A stretch of DNA of 64,000 bases, from contig MU058669.1 in the NCBI GenBank assembly GCA_013265495.1, forward strand, positions 1,162,234 through 1,226,233, written 5' to 3'. The stretch is from Vicugna vicugna (Eukaryota). The notes beneath the pieces are model-generated. The model saw only the letters and a list, made by a program, of their open reading frames with translations, had not been told where the DNA came from and searched no databases. Shown one piece after another: positions 23,591 through 37,010 of the stretch; position 1 is the stretch's first letter; every line of letters begins with the position of its first letter. Position numbers and translations under genes: made by a program.

Positions 23591-25779
23591 TTCCAAAGTT
23601 GCTGACAAGTAACCTTGTACTAACTAATTAGTTTGCTTTTGTATTAGTGTTAAATTCTGAATGCATCAAATAGCTATGAAATCTGGTTTATCCTTTAATG
23701 GTGAGGGCACTTTTTTCCTCTGTGGAGAAAGAAATTTTTCTCATAAAGTTGCAATAGTAGTAGTGCTGACTTTCACGTTGTCTTCACACAGATGATCTCA
23801 TTTGAATTGCAGAACAACTCTTTGAGAGGAGCGGGCAGGAAAGAGTTCTTTTGACAGTTTAGTGTCCATAGCAGTTCATCTCTTGCATATAAGAAGTGTC
23901 TCAGTCCATCAAATGCACTTCCAGCCTTAGAAAATTTCTCCCACCTTCATTGGTAACACTGTGTTTTCCTTGATCCCCACTTCACCCCTGGATAGCTTTC
24001 TACTCTCCTTTTTCTCCATATCCTGAAGCCTGTAAACCCTATGCTCTGACCCAACCCTGGAGTCCAGCAGCTTGACAGAGCCTTATGCATCCCCACTATT
24101 TGTGGAAAAAGCCAGTTAAACCACTTTGACAGGCAGAGAAACTGAGACCAACAAAGTTAAATCACTTACAACAGAGCCTGCCTCTAACTCCAGACCAATA
24201 AAGATGCAGGAACTTCATCATTATGGGGGCTCATCAGAGAGTCTCCCACACCAAAGCTGACATCTGAAACAAACATATTTACTGTATGTCTTTGGTGTAC
24301 TTCTTACACATCACGTAAGGAGGCATTCTTTTTGGTGCAGTGACTTCAGGGGCCATCACGTTTCTCCAAATAGTTTCTCCAGTGGTTGATTGATAGCTGG
24401 AAATCCATCATTGGATAAACACTTCATTTATGTCTTTCACTTGTCCCTAGGTGATTGTAAAATGTCACTGGGAGTGGTAACTATTAACTCCCTTTTAATC
24501 ATCATCTCACTGACGTACACAAAGTTTCCAGTCCCACTGGGAATAGGATTGAGAAGAGAGAACATGAGGATAGATCGTGTGTGCGGGGGTGAGGACTCAA
24601 TCACAGTCATAATGATACTTACTATGATCCAAGCATTGTTGTACAACTCTACATACCTCTTATCATCTGGTCTTCAAAACAAAACGGCTCCGTAGTGCAT
24701 AATGTAATCAGAAGAGGAAATCAGCTTATATAGAATGAATACTTTTTCCAAGGCAACCATGGTTGAGACAGATTTTGTTTGTTGTTTGGTTGCCCAGGAT
24801 CATGCCTTCCTACGATACTCTCTGCCTCAGGCGAGATACTTTCAAGGAATCATACAAAATAGAGTTTTTTTTTTTAATGCAGAAGTAATCACAGAGCTTC
24901 CTGTTATTCCAGTGGAAAAATCTCATCTGTCCTATTTCTCTATTTAGCTCCATCCCTGTCCTGTAACAGTGCCCTAAGACCTAAACTTTTACTTATGTAC
25001 ATTTCTTTTCAATTATGCTGTATTGGTCTCAGACCTACAGAATTTGAGCACCTACTCAGCAATTTTTAGAAAGAAAGGCCAATAAGGAATGTTTTTTTTC
25101 CACCTGAAGTCAGGGAAGCAGTCAAAACTGTCACTGAAGCCCAGAGCAATTAGTCCTAGAAGCAGATCAGCCCACATCTGCCTCGGGCAGTCCTCAGTCA
25201 TGTGGGAAGTCAGAACTGAGTCTTTGGCCTCCTCAGGATTGCTGGTTGATCCTTGATCCTTCTCCCACTTTTCTACAGAGGCCCAGGATGTCACTTGTTG
25301 TACTCAGTTGTGCATTTCTGCCTCTCTTCTACCTGTGCAAAGAAAGGGGAGCTTTTCCAGGAAAGAAATATTAGGCATTGTTCAGCAGGTTGGGGAGGAA
25401 TTGGGTGTTGAATTAGGGTAAAAGGCATTTCCTGCATCTTTGAAAGTGTATCCCAAGAAGGCACTGTGATCGTGGAAGGAGCCTTGAGCCAGAAATCAGG
25501 GGCACCTGGATTCTGGGCTGAACTCTGACACTGAGCTGCCCTCTGACCTTAGCCATGCTGAGCAACCACACACCACGCAGCAATTCAGTGTACCTGCAGT
25601 TCCAACTACCAGTGCTCAGGCCCACCCTGTAGAAGGCAAAGCCTGCTGTTGTTGGAGTGCCCACAAGGGTCTCCTCTCAGGCGTTTGGGCCATCAAAATG
25701 AGTGGAAAAGTATGACACATGGGGTCATCGCTAGAACCACCAACAGGGACTAATTTTCATGGATTGTGAAAAGGGGAAT

Positions 25780-27050
25780 GAATCCCTCACACCATACACA
25801 AAAATAAACTCAAATGGCTTATTAGATATAAGACATGACAGAGTAAAACTCTTAGAAGAGAACATAGGCAAAACATTCTCTGACATAAATTGTACCACTG
25901 TTTTCTTAGGTCAGTCTCCCAAGGCAGAAGAAATAAAAGCAAAAATAAACAAATGAGACCCAATCAAAGTTTTAAGTTTCTGCACAGCAAAGACCGTAAA
26001 TGAAACAAAAAGACAACCTATGGAGTGGAAGAAAGTATTTGCAAATGATGCAACCAACAAGGGATTAATTTCTAAATATATAAACAGCTCTTACAGCTGA
26101 AGAGCAAAAAAACAAACAACCCAATCAAAAAATAGGCAGAAAAATCAGAGACATTTCTCTGAAGAAGACAGACAGATGGCCAACAGGCACATGAAAAGAT
26201 GCTCAACGTTGCTAATTATTAGAGAAATGCAAATCAAAACTACAATGAGGTATCACTTCACACAGGTCAGAGTGACCATCATCAAAAAGTCTGCAAATAA
26301 TAAATGCTGCAGAAGATGTGGAGAAAAGGGAATCTTTGTATATTGTTGGTGGGAATGTAAATTGATGCAGCCACTATAGAGAACAGTATGGAGGTTCCTT
26401 AAAAAGCTAAAAATAGACTTACCATATGATCCAGCAATCCTACTCTTGGGCATATATCTGGACAAAACTCTAATTTGAAAGAATACATGCACCTCAGTGT
26501 TCATATCAGCACTATTTATAATAGCCAAGTCATGGAAACAACCTAAATGCCCATCGACAGATGACTGCATAAAGAAGATGTGGTATATATACATATATAC
26601 AATGGGATACTACTCAGCCATAAAAAAGAATGAAATAATGCCATTTGCAGCAATATGGAAGGACCTTGAGGTTATCATACTAGGTTAAGTTGGTCAGACA
26701 AAGACAAATATTCTATGATATCACTTGTATGTGGAATCTAAAAAAATTATACAAGTGAACTTAAAAAACTGAAACAGACTCAGACATAGAAAACAAACTT
26801 ACGGTTACCAAAAGAGAAAGGTGGGGAGGGATATATTAGGAGTTTGGGATTAACAGATACACACTACTTTATATAAAATGAACAACAAGGTCCTACTGTA
26901 TAGCATAGGAAACTATATTCAGTATCTTGTAATAACCTATAGTGTAAAAGAATGTGAATAATAATACACACACATATATAAATGAATCACTATGCTGTAT
27001 GCCAAAGCTAACACAATGTTGTAAATCAACTATACTTGAGTAAAAACAGA
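25780..27050 (+). mobile_element. 5'-truncated L1 (cetartiodactyl/camelid-type), ORF2 C-terminus + 3' UTR
   Basis: Frameshifted ORF2 pieces LTPYTKINS...[52 protein letters not shown]; 3' UTR ends tgtaaatcaactatactt. Confidence 0.95.
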
Positions 27051-27054
27051 AGAA

Positions 27055-27215
27055 ATGGGAAGTGACTGCTAATGGGATACACGGTTTCTTGATAGGGTGA
27101 TAAAAAAATTCCTTAGAAGGTTATAGTGATGATTGCACAACCCTGTGAATGTACTAAAAACTATTGAATTAGGGTTAATTGTATGGTATATGAATTATAT
27201 CCCAATAAAGCTGTT
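27055..27215 (+). mobile_element. L1MB-like 3' terminus (probable host of the preceding L1)
   Basis: gggaagtgactgctaatggg...gtgatgattgcacaaccctgtgaat...tgaattatatcccaataaagctgtt. Confidence 0.8.
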
Positions 27216-29419
27216 GCTGTTATTTTTTTAAAAGGCCTTACAGATCATAACCGAGCTTTTTTCAGGGTGTCAGCCCATTCTTTTGTCAGTTTTGACCTTG
27301 AGAAATGTGTGCCCTTTGGGACAAGACATGCTTCTCCCAAAGTAAAGCAGTATATTCTTTCCACAGAATATTTAGGGTACCTAGTGGACTTATTGTTTGC
27401 TGGAAGATTACAGTTTCCTCTTTGATATGATATTAGGCATACTTTTCTGTAGGCAAATGAGAGATGATTTGAGGAGAACTAAGAAGGACCATCCATCCCA
27501 AATATCTACCTCTATGCGAAAGTTAGTTATTCAGTCTTGGGAGGTGAGCTTTGCAGTTTCTGGTTTCTTTGTAAAGCCAAGTCTTGCTTTGAATGAATAT
27601 TTTAAATCTTTAACTTAAGATGAATTTGTTGATCTGATCTGTTCCCTATGTGATGATGGGTGTGGTGTTCGCAAAAGTGTTGAAATTCTTGAAGCGGGGG
27701 TTGGAAAGTGAGCTGGGGACGTGAAGTGGGAGAGAACAAGAGATGGGATGAAAGCACCAAAACTAGTCTTGGCTAGATTTATAGTCTCTGAATTAAAGCT
27801 GCTGTGATGCTGAAGGGAGGAGAGGACAAAATTCAGAAGTCTGGTTGATCTTTCTTCATTCAGAAACTAGGTACAAGTGAATATTGGGAAAATGATGCCA
27901 TTCAGGAGAAAAGGGGCAATTTAATTGGAATTCTTTAAAAATGATTCACTCTGCAGATGCGCATACTTAGAAAATGCGTTTGAATAGGAGAGGAAAAGGA
28001 GGAAGTAAAGGAAATGGTTTCAGAAAGATGGCAACAAAGTGAAGACCAAACCCTTCAAATGAAAGACCAGAAGTGTTTCTTTTCATCTAGGATTCCACTA
28101 ACCTCAAGCTACATGGTTCTTCCATCTCAGCAACTTGGGTGACTCGCTCAGGATGAGATGCAGAGAATAGCTGCACAGGAGATCTGTTGTTTGCATGCCC
28201 AGCTATCCTGCCCCTCCCAACCCAAAAGATTCTTTTGGGAAGTGTCTCCTTCACAAACTCCACTCCTAAGGTTCCCGCGGAAGCAGGCATATTTTCCCAT
28301 GATCCCTCCCAGCTGGCCAGAACTGTTGTGTAAGAGTGAACATCTGACTGATCTATGGAAAGAAGTCTCTTCCTTTGGATTTTTGGTGCCCAGTGATTGT
28401 TTTCTGAGTAAATGATTGAGTCAAGTTCAATATAGAACACAATACCATTTTAACATCTAAGTACCCAAAGGGAACTCTGAACGGAATGTTTTCACGTGGT
28501 ATTTCTAATAAAGTTTGATGTTATTTGCTCCACGGATGGTACTGCATACTCTGTGAAATTGACCATTCCCCACCCCAACCCCGCGCGAGAAAAAAAACAC
28601 CTCTGAGGCTATTAAGAAATTGACATAACTTGAATTGATTTATAATAGCCCAAACCACACACAATAAACCAGTAATTGAATCGAACACATCATAAACATC
28701 CATCTTGATTTTCTCTTCTGGCTGAGCAGGTGATGCTACCTTAAAGTTTTAAATTTCATGATAAAATATTTAAGCTGGTGTAATACAGTAATAGGGCATT
28801 AGCATCAGGGATAAGATCACTTCTTTATTGCTTTGTTATTTTATGGAGGGGGAAAATGTATTGCTACTGCTAATGATATTTCAGCGTCAAAATCAGAACA
28901 ATTGCTAGGCAAATACTTCTGACATAGAAGAAGTGACCTAAAATACAGGAAAGCCTGGAATCTTCTTCCTTCTCCACCTTCTCCCATTTCTAGCTGTGTG
29001 AGCTGGACCACAGCATTTCCTCCTCTGAGCTTTGGTTTTTCTCAGTTATAAAATTATAGTGTAAGATGACATAAACTTTAAGTCTCCAATCTAAATATGA
29101 CATATATCACTTAAACTAGGACATTAGCCAGGCAGACCCGAAATATTGTTACTGCTCTGTAAATGATTTAATAAAAAACAACTCACAATTCGGGTTCAGA
29201 GGAACTAGTGTGTCCTTTTGGCCACTCATAGTTGTGTGATCTCTGTTAGTCACTTAGATGATCTAAAAGCTCAGTTTCTCTGAAACTGGGGTGGGTTGGC
29301 ATAAATATCTGTCTTACGGAGTTCTTGTGGAGTGCAGATGACGTGCTGCATGGGAAGAAACTTAAACTTTCATATGTTTTTATGGCAGTAAAAATGGTAG
29401 CAGTAAATAGCAGTATTCA

Positions 29420-29685
29420 AGTGATTGTGATACCAGCTAATCTTTGTCGAGCACTAACTGTATAACGCTACGCTGATTTGAGCATTGTATATGCACTGTC
29501 CCATTTCATCCCCACAACAAACCTTTGAGAACTGAACCTTAATTTACCTATTTTCTAGTTGGAGAAAAAGGCTTACAAAATTCAAGTTACTTGCTCAGTG
29601 ACACACAGTTAATAAAAATGATGGTGCTCAGATTCAAACCTGGGGCAGCCCACCTCTGGGATGTGAGCTTTTGCCCACTGTGGTA
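29420..29685 (-). mobile_element. MIR SINE (near full length); plus-strand MIRs at ~28950-29070 and ~29200-29370
   Basis: gagcactaactgtat...catttcatccccacaacaaacctttgag...aagttacttgctcagtgacacacagttaata...gattcaaacc. Confidence 0.8.
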
Positions 29686-30259
29686 TACTGATTTATTTGT
29701 TCAGTAGTAAACAGTTTCAGATTTATGTATGTGGAGATTTCCACTCCCAGCAGTGTTCTTGTTTGAAATGAAGAGTTCCACTGAGAATACCAGAAAAGCT
29801 ATAGCCTCAAACATCTATTTAAAGATGTTGGAGAGGTACTAAGGCAGGGAGCAAGAGATAAGGCACCAGAGAGACAGGGAACTCAGAGGAGCGAAACTGA
29901 CATTCAGCACCTTTGTTTGTTTGTTTTTGAGGCATTGACCAATTAAAAAAACTGTACCTGAAAGGCAAAAAAGCTGAGTAGAATGTTTGGGAGTTTCATG
30001 GCTCTGGGGGACCATAAGTTGTAGTTCTAAGTCCACCAAAAGAAGGGTCGTTGGTAAATACTCCAGGTTTTTAAATGTAATCTCACCCAGTAAGGGTTAA
30101 CTGGAAATAGAACTCTCATAAAATACTGGTCTCCCGCTAAATCAGCCCAATTCATACTGTATTGAAGGAGCTTGTCCCTACTCATATGGCCAGCTAGAAG
30201 CAAAAGCAAATCTCTGGGGGCTGATAACATCATTTGGAGCCTCAAAGAGCCTCTGGGAT

Positions 30260-30737
30260 TGTTGATACAGTGAAAATAAAAAATCAGATAAAAAAGTCAC
30301 TGGTTGTAAAAGAGACAAGCATCTTGGCTGACTCAGCACAGCATTGACCGCTGACCAAGGACTGTAAGAATGTAACAGGACCACAAGAGATTCAGATATT
30401 AGGAGTCATGCATTTAAAGCAACTGTAACTAGTACGCCCAGGGTATTAAATGACAAGATGGAGAATTTTCAGAGAAAACTGATGTCTTCAAAAAAGAATA
30501 TAGATCAAAAAGGAGTAACCAGAAACAACTATATCTCAAATTAATAACACAACAGGTAAGTGTAACAGTGTACTTGCAGAACAGAGAAGTCGAGGAAAGA
30601 TTGGAAGGAAATACGTAGTCTGAATCACAGACAAGATGAAAATGCAGAAAAGAACAGAAGGGACGTGGAAGGATTAAACAGAAGCATAAACAGAGGCCCA
30701 GAGGGAGAGGAGAGAAAGAATGGAGCAGAAGCAATAC
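30260..30737 (+). mobile_element. Old L1M ORF1 region (degenerate)
   Basis: gagattcagatattagga, aagatggagaattttcagagaaaactg, ccagagggagaggagagaaagaatggagcagaagcaata. Confidence 0.65.
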
Positions 30738-30805
30738 TTTTTTTTAAAAAAAAACATGTTTTATTTATTTATTATTTTTAATGGAGGTACTGGAGATGGA
30801 ACCCA
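30738..30805 (-). mobile_element. 5'-truncated tRNA-derived SINE, camelid Vic-1-like (B-box + A-rich tail only)
   Basis: Minus strand reads TGGGTTCCATCTCCAGTACCTCCATTAAAAATAATAAATAAATAAAA, close to the recalled Vic-1 3' half. Confidence 0.65.
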
Positions 30806-31719
30806 AATGTTAACACATTACTTTCTTGAATACTCTAGAAAAACCTTTCAAAGAAGTTCTTAAATAGTCGTGAACTTGGAAAATACAGGAATATTGTTTT
30901 TCTTCAAATGAATAGGTAAAAACATAAAGGTAAAAAAATGATGGCTAGAACTTTATTGTAATTACCCATATTTGTATTCATGTAGCACAAGTTTATACTC
31001 TTTCATCTCAAAATTGAGATTTCTGTGAAAGAGAGATGAATATGGAGAGCTTCTGTTTGATATTTAGTTTGAGTTGTGTGTTGTTTTTCCATTTTCTTCC
31101 AGAGAGAAGTTTTCATGTTTCATATATTGAAGACACCATAAAGACCAAAAGAAGACAGAACTTTAAAAAACTGGGTAAGCATGCATCTTATAGTCCTATA
31201 AGGGATTCAGGAATCAAAAAATTGAATTCCAGTGCAGAAAACTAGACATTTTTAACTTGTTTCAGGGAGCCTATGCTTATGTTCATAGATGGTAAATCAA
31301 AAGGAGAAGTCTGCCAATTGACTGGACTTCCAAGCCTCAGATATTCCTTATGTTTATTCATTCATTCATTCACACACAATAATTTAATGTAGCACAATGC
31401 ACAAAGCACATGGCTCCTTAAAAGCAGCATTCACTTCTTTTTTGTTCACTGTTAACATGCCCAAGCGTCTGGCACACTGGTTGGCACAGGGTCAGTGCTC
31501 ACAAGTATTTGTTGAATTGCTGCATGGATAAATGAATGAAAGCACTCTTTGGATACTGTGGCTGAAAGCCCAAATGAATCAGATGTAAATCATGGATCCT
31601 TGTGTCTTCGCAACACCTCCACGGCGTGTCTCCTCCAGCCAGACTGTAAGTATTGCTGGTTGTCAAGGTTTTCACTAGCCTTTATCTAGGCAAGTTCATC
31701 AAACTCAGTATTTTTCTTT

Positions 31720-32870
31720 TTCTTTTAATTAAATGGAACTACATGTTCAGAAAAGTGCAGAGATCATAAGCAGACAGCATCATGAATTTGTACAAAATGA
31801 ATACACTCATGAAACCAGCACCTGATGCAGGATGTTGAATGTTACCAGCAGCCCGGAAGCCTCCCTCAGCCCAGTCTCAGTCATCATTCCCTATATTTTA
31901 CGACGACAGGTTTCATAAGATTTTAGTTTTACCTGATTTTGAACTTAACAACAAATGAAAACACACAGAGTGTATTCTTTCATATCTGGCTTCTCTTGCT
32001 TAATACTGTAATTGAGATTGATCTCTGTTGGCTATAATTACTTGATTTTCATTTCTGGATACTACTCATTGTATGAATATATCAGAACTTATTTATCCAT
32101 TCTTCTGTTGCTAGACGTGCGGTGTTTTGGTTGTTTTTAGTTTTGGCTACTGGGGTTAATGCTGCTGGGAGTAATTTAACATATCCTTTGGTGCGCATAG
32201 TCAAGCACTGTGTTGGGCTTAGAGCTAGGAGGGTGATAGGTAATGCGCCTTTCTGTTTAAGTGACTATAGTATCAAAGCGTTCTCCCAAGTGGTTGTATT
32301 AGGTAAGCAGCATATGAGTGTTCCAGCTCCTCTGTGTCCCTGCCAATAATTGCTATATTTTGATTTTTTTCATCTTAGTTGATATGTAATGGTATCTCAT
32401 TGTAGTTTTAATTCGCATTTCCTTAATAATTAAATTGATCTCTTTTTCGTATGTTTTTGGGTCATTTGGAGAGCCTCTTTGGTAAAGTGGTGGCTTTGCC
32501 ATCTTTCTAATTTTCTACTGAATTTTAGGAGTTGTGAGTTCTTGGTAGATAAATGTATTGCAAACCTATTTTCCCACACTATTGCTTGTCTTTTTACTCT
32601 TTCTGTTTTTTTTTTCTGATGAAAGAAGTTCTTAAATTTGAAATAGTCCTGTGTAAGAAATCGATCTGTTCCCCTCAGAATTATAAAGACAGTCTCCTGT
32701 GATACCTTCTAAAGCTTATTGTTTTACTTTATCTGTTTGGGTTAACATTCTATCTAGAATTAATTTTTGCATACAATATGAAATAGGACTTAAACATCTG
32801 TGTATTTTTTCCATATGGATATCCAATTTATCTAGCATATTTATTGAAAAGACAATGGTTTCCCTACCTC
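31720..32870 (-). mobile_element. L1MC/L1MD-like 3' portion
   Basis: cagaaaagtgcagagatcataag...gaatttgtacaaaatgaatacactcatgaaaccagcacc, followed by antisense ORF2 (tggtatctcattgtagttttaattcgcatttcc). Confidence 0.85.
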
Positions 32871-33189
32871 GCTGTATGTATTACAACATATTCTGTCTTT
32901 TGGCACGTCTGTCCCCTCTACCTGATGTAAGTCACTCAGTGGCAGATACTGTGTCGTCTTCATCTCAGAATATCTAGTGTCCAGCGTGGCTCAGTACTTT
33001 CTATGTATTTTTTGAACCAGTTTGCATATTTCAAGGTTAAGTGAGAAAAGCGTTACAGAAGTAGAACAGATGGATTGCTGTAGTGGTCACCAGAAGGAAA
33101 GGATCTTTGGGACTGGGGACATTAAGAGAGGGTTCATTGAGCAAGTGGCAGTCAGACAGGACTGGATGACTGAATGTGGTGTAAAGGGG

Positions 33190-33385
33190 ATTCTAGACTG
33201 ATACTTACTATTGTGGTTTCCTGGGACAAGCTGTATAACGTGTGTAATACTAAATTTTCTTTGTAAATTGGGGATCGTTGTATTTCTTTTTACTATATCT
33301 GTCAGAATTAAATGAGATGGCCCATGTAATTCAGTAAGGAAAATGCCCAGAACACAATAACCATTTAATAAATATTAGGTTATTT
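33190..33385 (+). mobile_element. MIR SINE
   Basis: ttttctttgtaaattgggga...gaattaaatgagatggcccatgta...aataaatattaggttatt. Confidence 0.7.
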
Positions 33386-33391
33386 TAATAT

Positions 33392-33930
33392 GTTTTTATT
33401 GACGTAGTCAGTTTAAAATGTTGTGTCCACTTCTGTTGCACAGCACAATGCTTCAGTCATACATGAGCATACATGTTTGTTTTCATATTCTTTTTTTACC
33501 ATAGATTACTACAAGATACTGAGTATAGTTCCCTGTGCTATACAGTAGAAGCTTGCTGTTTATCTAATTTATATATAGTAGTTAGTATTTGTAAATCTCA
33601 AACTCCAAGTTTATCCTTTCCTACTTCCTACCCTGCCAGTAACCTTAAGTTTGTTTTCTATGTCTGTGAGTCCATTTCTATTTTGTAAATAAATTTGTCT
33701 TTTTTTTAGATTTCACATATAAGTGATATATTATTCTTTCTCTTTCTGACTTATTTCACTTAGAATGACAATCTCCAGGTTCATCCATGTTACTGCAAAT
33801 GGCATTATTTTATTTTTTATGGCTGAGTAGTATTCCATTGTATAAATATAACACAACTTCTTTATCCAGTCATCTGTCAATGGACAGTTAGGTTGTTTCC
33901 ATGTCTTGGCTATTGTAAATTGTGCTGCTA
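33392..33930 (-). mobile_element. 5'-truncated camelid-type L1 3' end
   Basis: ORF 33731-34021 contains IAAQFTIAKTWKQPNCPLTDDWIKK...MEYYSAIK; 3' UTR as in the other young copies. Confidence 0.9.
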
Positions 33931-35439
33931 TATTAATAAAAGAATTCAAGCACCAGCAATTGGGAGAATACAGGGTGCAGATGAAGGATAGGAAATCTGT
34001 GTGTTTTATAAAACGAGACATGAAGGAGAGTATTGCAAATTTAGGTTAGACAGTGAAGAGGAACTTAATTCAGCAGAAGACTGTGAATGTCCTCCTAAGT
34101 GGTCTTAAGTCTAAAATATGTAATAATCTGAATAACAGGATTTAATTAATGGAAACAGGGCATATGGCTGACATGCCGGCCTCCACTACCTCAGTTCTGT
34201 GACTCTGTCAGAAGCACTGATGCCGCATCTAGATGTGGCTTCCAAATTCTCAATAGATTGGTTCAGGCAGACATTGCCAATCAATCAGGAACCTACTTAC
34301 CATCTCTGAGTAGCAAGTGTCTCTGTGGCTGCAGGTAATTTAGCCTATGCAGACATAGCCAAAGTAAGGGGAGAAATTAGATGTTTACTAATTAAGTAAT
34401 ATGAGAATAATTTGTAGAAGAATTGTTAGTTAAATCCCATTTCTAGTCTATCCCCTGAAGTTTGCAGGCTGTTCTTTTATGCTTTGCATTAGTGTGACCC
34501 ATCAGAGCTTTGAAAATTCGTATACATGATCACAGTTCATCCTCAGGAAAACCTATGAGGACTTGGAACCAAACTCACAGAATCACCTACAGAAATAACC
34601 AGACTGATGCTTTGTGAGAATTCTTGGAGTGAATTAATGTTAGCACCAAGGTTGAAGCCCTGGCCTTCGACTCCTCCTTCAGAGCGGAAGGCAGCAGGAA
34701 CTGACTGTTCTGGGTCCATTCTGCCCTCTAGCTCAGTCCTCTTGTGTGGGTCTGGTTTCCAATTAACAGTCGTCAGCCTTGTCGGAAGCACCTTTTCCTT
34801 TCTTTTATTATAATTCCCTTTTAGTTTCTTCAGTGCAGCCAGTGAGCTTCAGAAGTGATCTGTGCAAAGAACAGGTGCTGCATTAACTGCAGGTTCCCTC
34901 CTGTCTCCTGCGAGGGCGTTAGTGTCCTAGATGGAGTGGAGAAGATATGTTCTGAGCTTCTCACCGTGACCCCATCCGTCAAATACTTGGGGAAATGAAA
35001 CTGAGCCAAGGTCAGCAGTTTCCTTTCCCATTGGACTCAGAGACATTTTATCTCCGAGGGGGTAAACTAGTATACATTGCCTTGTCTTTTCCATGCATTT
35101 TGACTTCAGATCACATTTTGTTTCACTTTCCATTTTATTGTGAAATTTATCTTTCTCTCTCTCTTTTTTTTTTTAACATGTGAAAAGCTTCTCTCTAAAA
35201 TTAGATTCTAATTGTCCTGATACTGGAGATACAATAGATTTATTTTGTAGATCCCATAATACCCAGTGTAGTACTGAGACTGTTATTAATTCCACATTTC
35301 AGATGTGGAAATTGAGAGTAAGAAAATAAAGTGAGTTTCTTAGGGTTTCTGATCTTAGCCAAAGGGCTCTTTGGCTATACTGCCTTGTCTCAGTTTCCTT
35401 ATCTATAAAATGGTATAGTAATAGTATTTACCTCATGAT

Positions 35440-35567
35440 TGTTGTTGTTGTTGTTACAGTTTGTTTACAATGTTGTGTCAGTTTCAGTGTACAGCACAAT
35501 TTTTCAGTCATACATGAAAATACATATATTCATTTTCATATTCTTTTTCACCATGGGCTACTACAAT
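35440..35567 (-). mobile_element. Very short L1 3'-end insertion with (TTG)n tail, splitting a plus-strand MIR (~35385-35660)
   Basis: gtttacaatgttgtgtcagtttcagtgtacagcac...tcagtcatacatga; MIR text on both sides (tacctcatga | tgaggattgagttag). Confidence 0.75.
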
Positions 35568-36169
35568 GTTTTTCTTTTAAATGAGGATTGAGTTAGTTTA
35601 TGGAATATCTTTGGTATAGTGATTAGCTTAGAGTAAAAAAGATTATGCGTATTATTGTACGCAGATCAATACATGAAAGAAAATAGAATATATTGTGATC
35701 ACCCAGCCAAAAACGATTGCAAATTAAATCTTTGGTCAAGTTGTCTGCAGTTTGGCAACTGTCCTTTTGCCCCCTGTTTATCTGAAAAAGAATAACTTTT
35801 TCTCTTGATGGCTTCCAAGTAGCTCAGCCAGCCACTGAAGGACAGAACAGCTTGACTGTGGAAGACATTCTATTCCAAGATGCTGGGCTATAATAGGATT
35901 CAACCCTAGGCTCACTGTGTTCTAATCTGGAAAGCTCTGTTCCTGCTTTTTGTGACCTTCCTCCAGAAAGAAAATGTTCTGATTTAGAACTGGGTAGGGG
36001 TTAGGATGGAAGGGCCTGATCAGTTGTAGCATATCTTAGCTTCCCTAGCTTTATAGACAAGAAACGTCAAATAGAAGCTTGAAAAAAGGGAATGAGAAAA
36101 ATAGCAAATGGACACAAAGCTCCTTACAAGGTTGCAACTGTTTGAATATTTTGAATTTGGGGTTGTGAG

Positions 36170-36365
36170 CAGTGGAATAGGACAAAAATAGGATCTGGAA
36201 TCCAGAGAACCCAGATTCCAGTCATGGCTTCCTCATTAGCGTGTGTGTGACAGTGTGAATTAGTTTCCTCATCTGAAAATGGATGCAACTGCCCCGCAGG
36301 ACTGTAGTGAGGGTAACATGGAATAATACATGTGAGTGCAGCCAGTAAACGTTCACTGTTATCAT
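36170..36365 (+). mobile_element. MIR SINE
   Basis: ggatctggaatccagagaacccagattcc...agtttcctcatctgaaaatgga. Confidence 0.7.
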
Positions 36366-36784
36366 TGGAAGTGAAGACCCAGTATTATAGTCATTCAACC
36401 ACCAAGAAAATGTGACACATTCAGCATTGTTCTTGCCTCTTGTTCAGATGAAACATAAAGCAATATACTTAATCTGCAAAAATCGCATAATTTAAGAGCA
36501 CAAAGCATCAGGACCAGTTATTTGCACTGCAATATCCAAGTCTTTTTTGAAGTCTTCTCCATATTTCCCTTGAAAATAGTTAAAGCTTCCTTAGTATTTT
36601 TTAAAATTATATAAAAGAGAAAAGCATGGAAGAAGCTTTATATTTGGTTATTGTTTATTGAGGGTCCATCCACAGACAGCTGTTTGAATAACAATACAGT
36701 CTACTCAAGCTGTGGAAAACAGCATTTGATTTGCCTAGCCCAATTACATTTCCTTAGCTTTGGGGCTACTGAATGAAGGCTGTG

Positions 36785-37010
36785 TGTAGAGTGGTTAAGA
36801 ACAGACTTTGGTTTCAGACCAGGGCACAGTTTGCAAGCCTGACAAATTTTAAGTTGTAAACATTTGAACAAATACGTGACCCTCTTAGCCTCTGTGTTCT
36901 CATCAGTAAAATTGGAATATTAGCTTGTGTGGGCTGTAATGAGGACTGAATGAGGTAGCACATCTGTAGATGATGCCAAGTGCTTATTAAACATCCAGTC
37001 TACTTTAGTT
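36785..37010 (+). mobile_element. MIR SINE
   Basis: gtagagtggttaagaacagactttggtttcagacc...ctcatcagtaaaattggaata. Confidence 0.75.

Noticed and set aside
29200..29690. Oppositely oriented MIR pair as a dsRNA hairpin
   Set aside because: Copies are too diverged for extended pairing, and such pairs are common.
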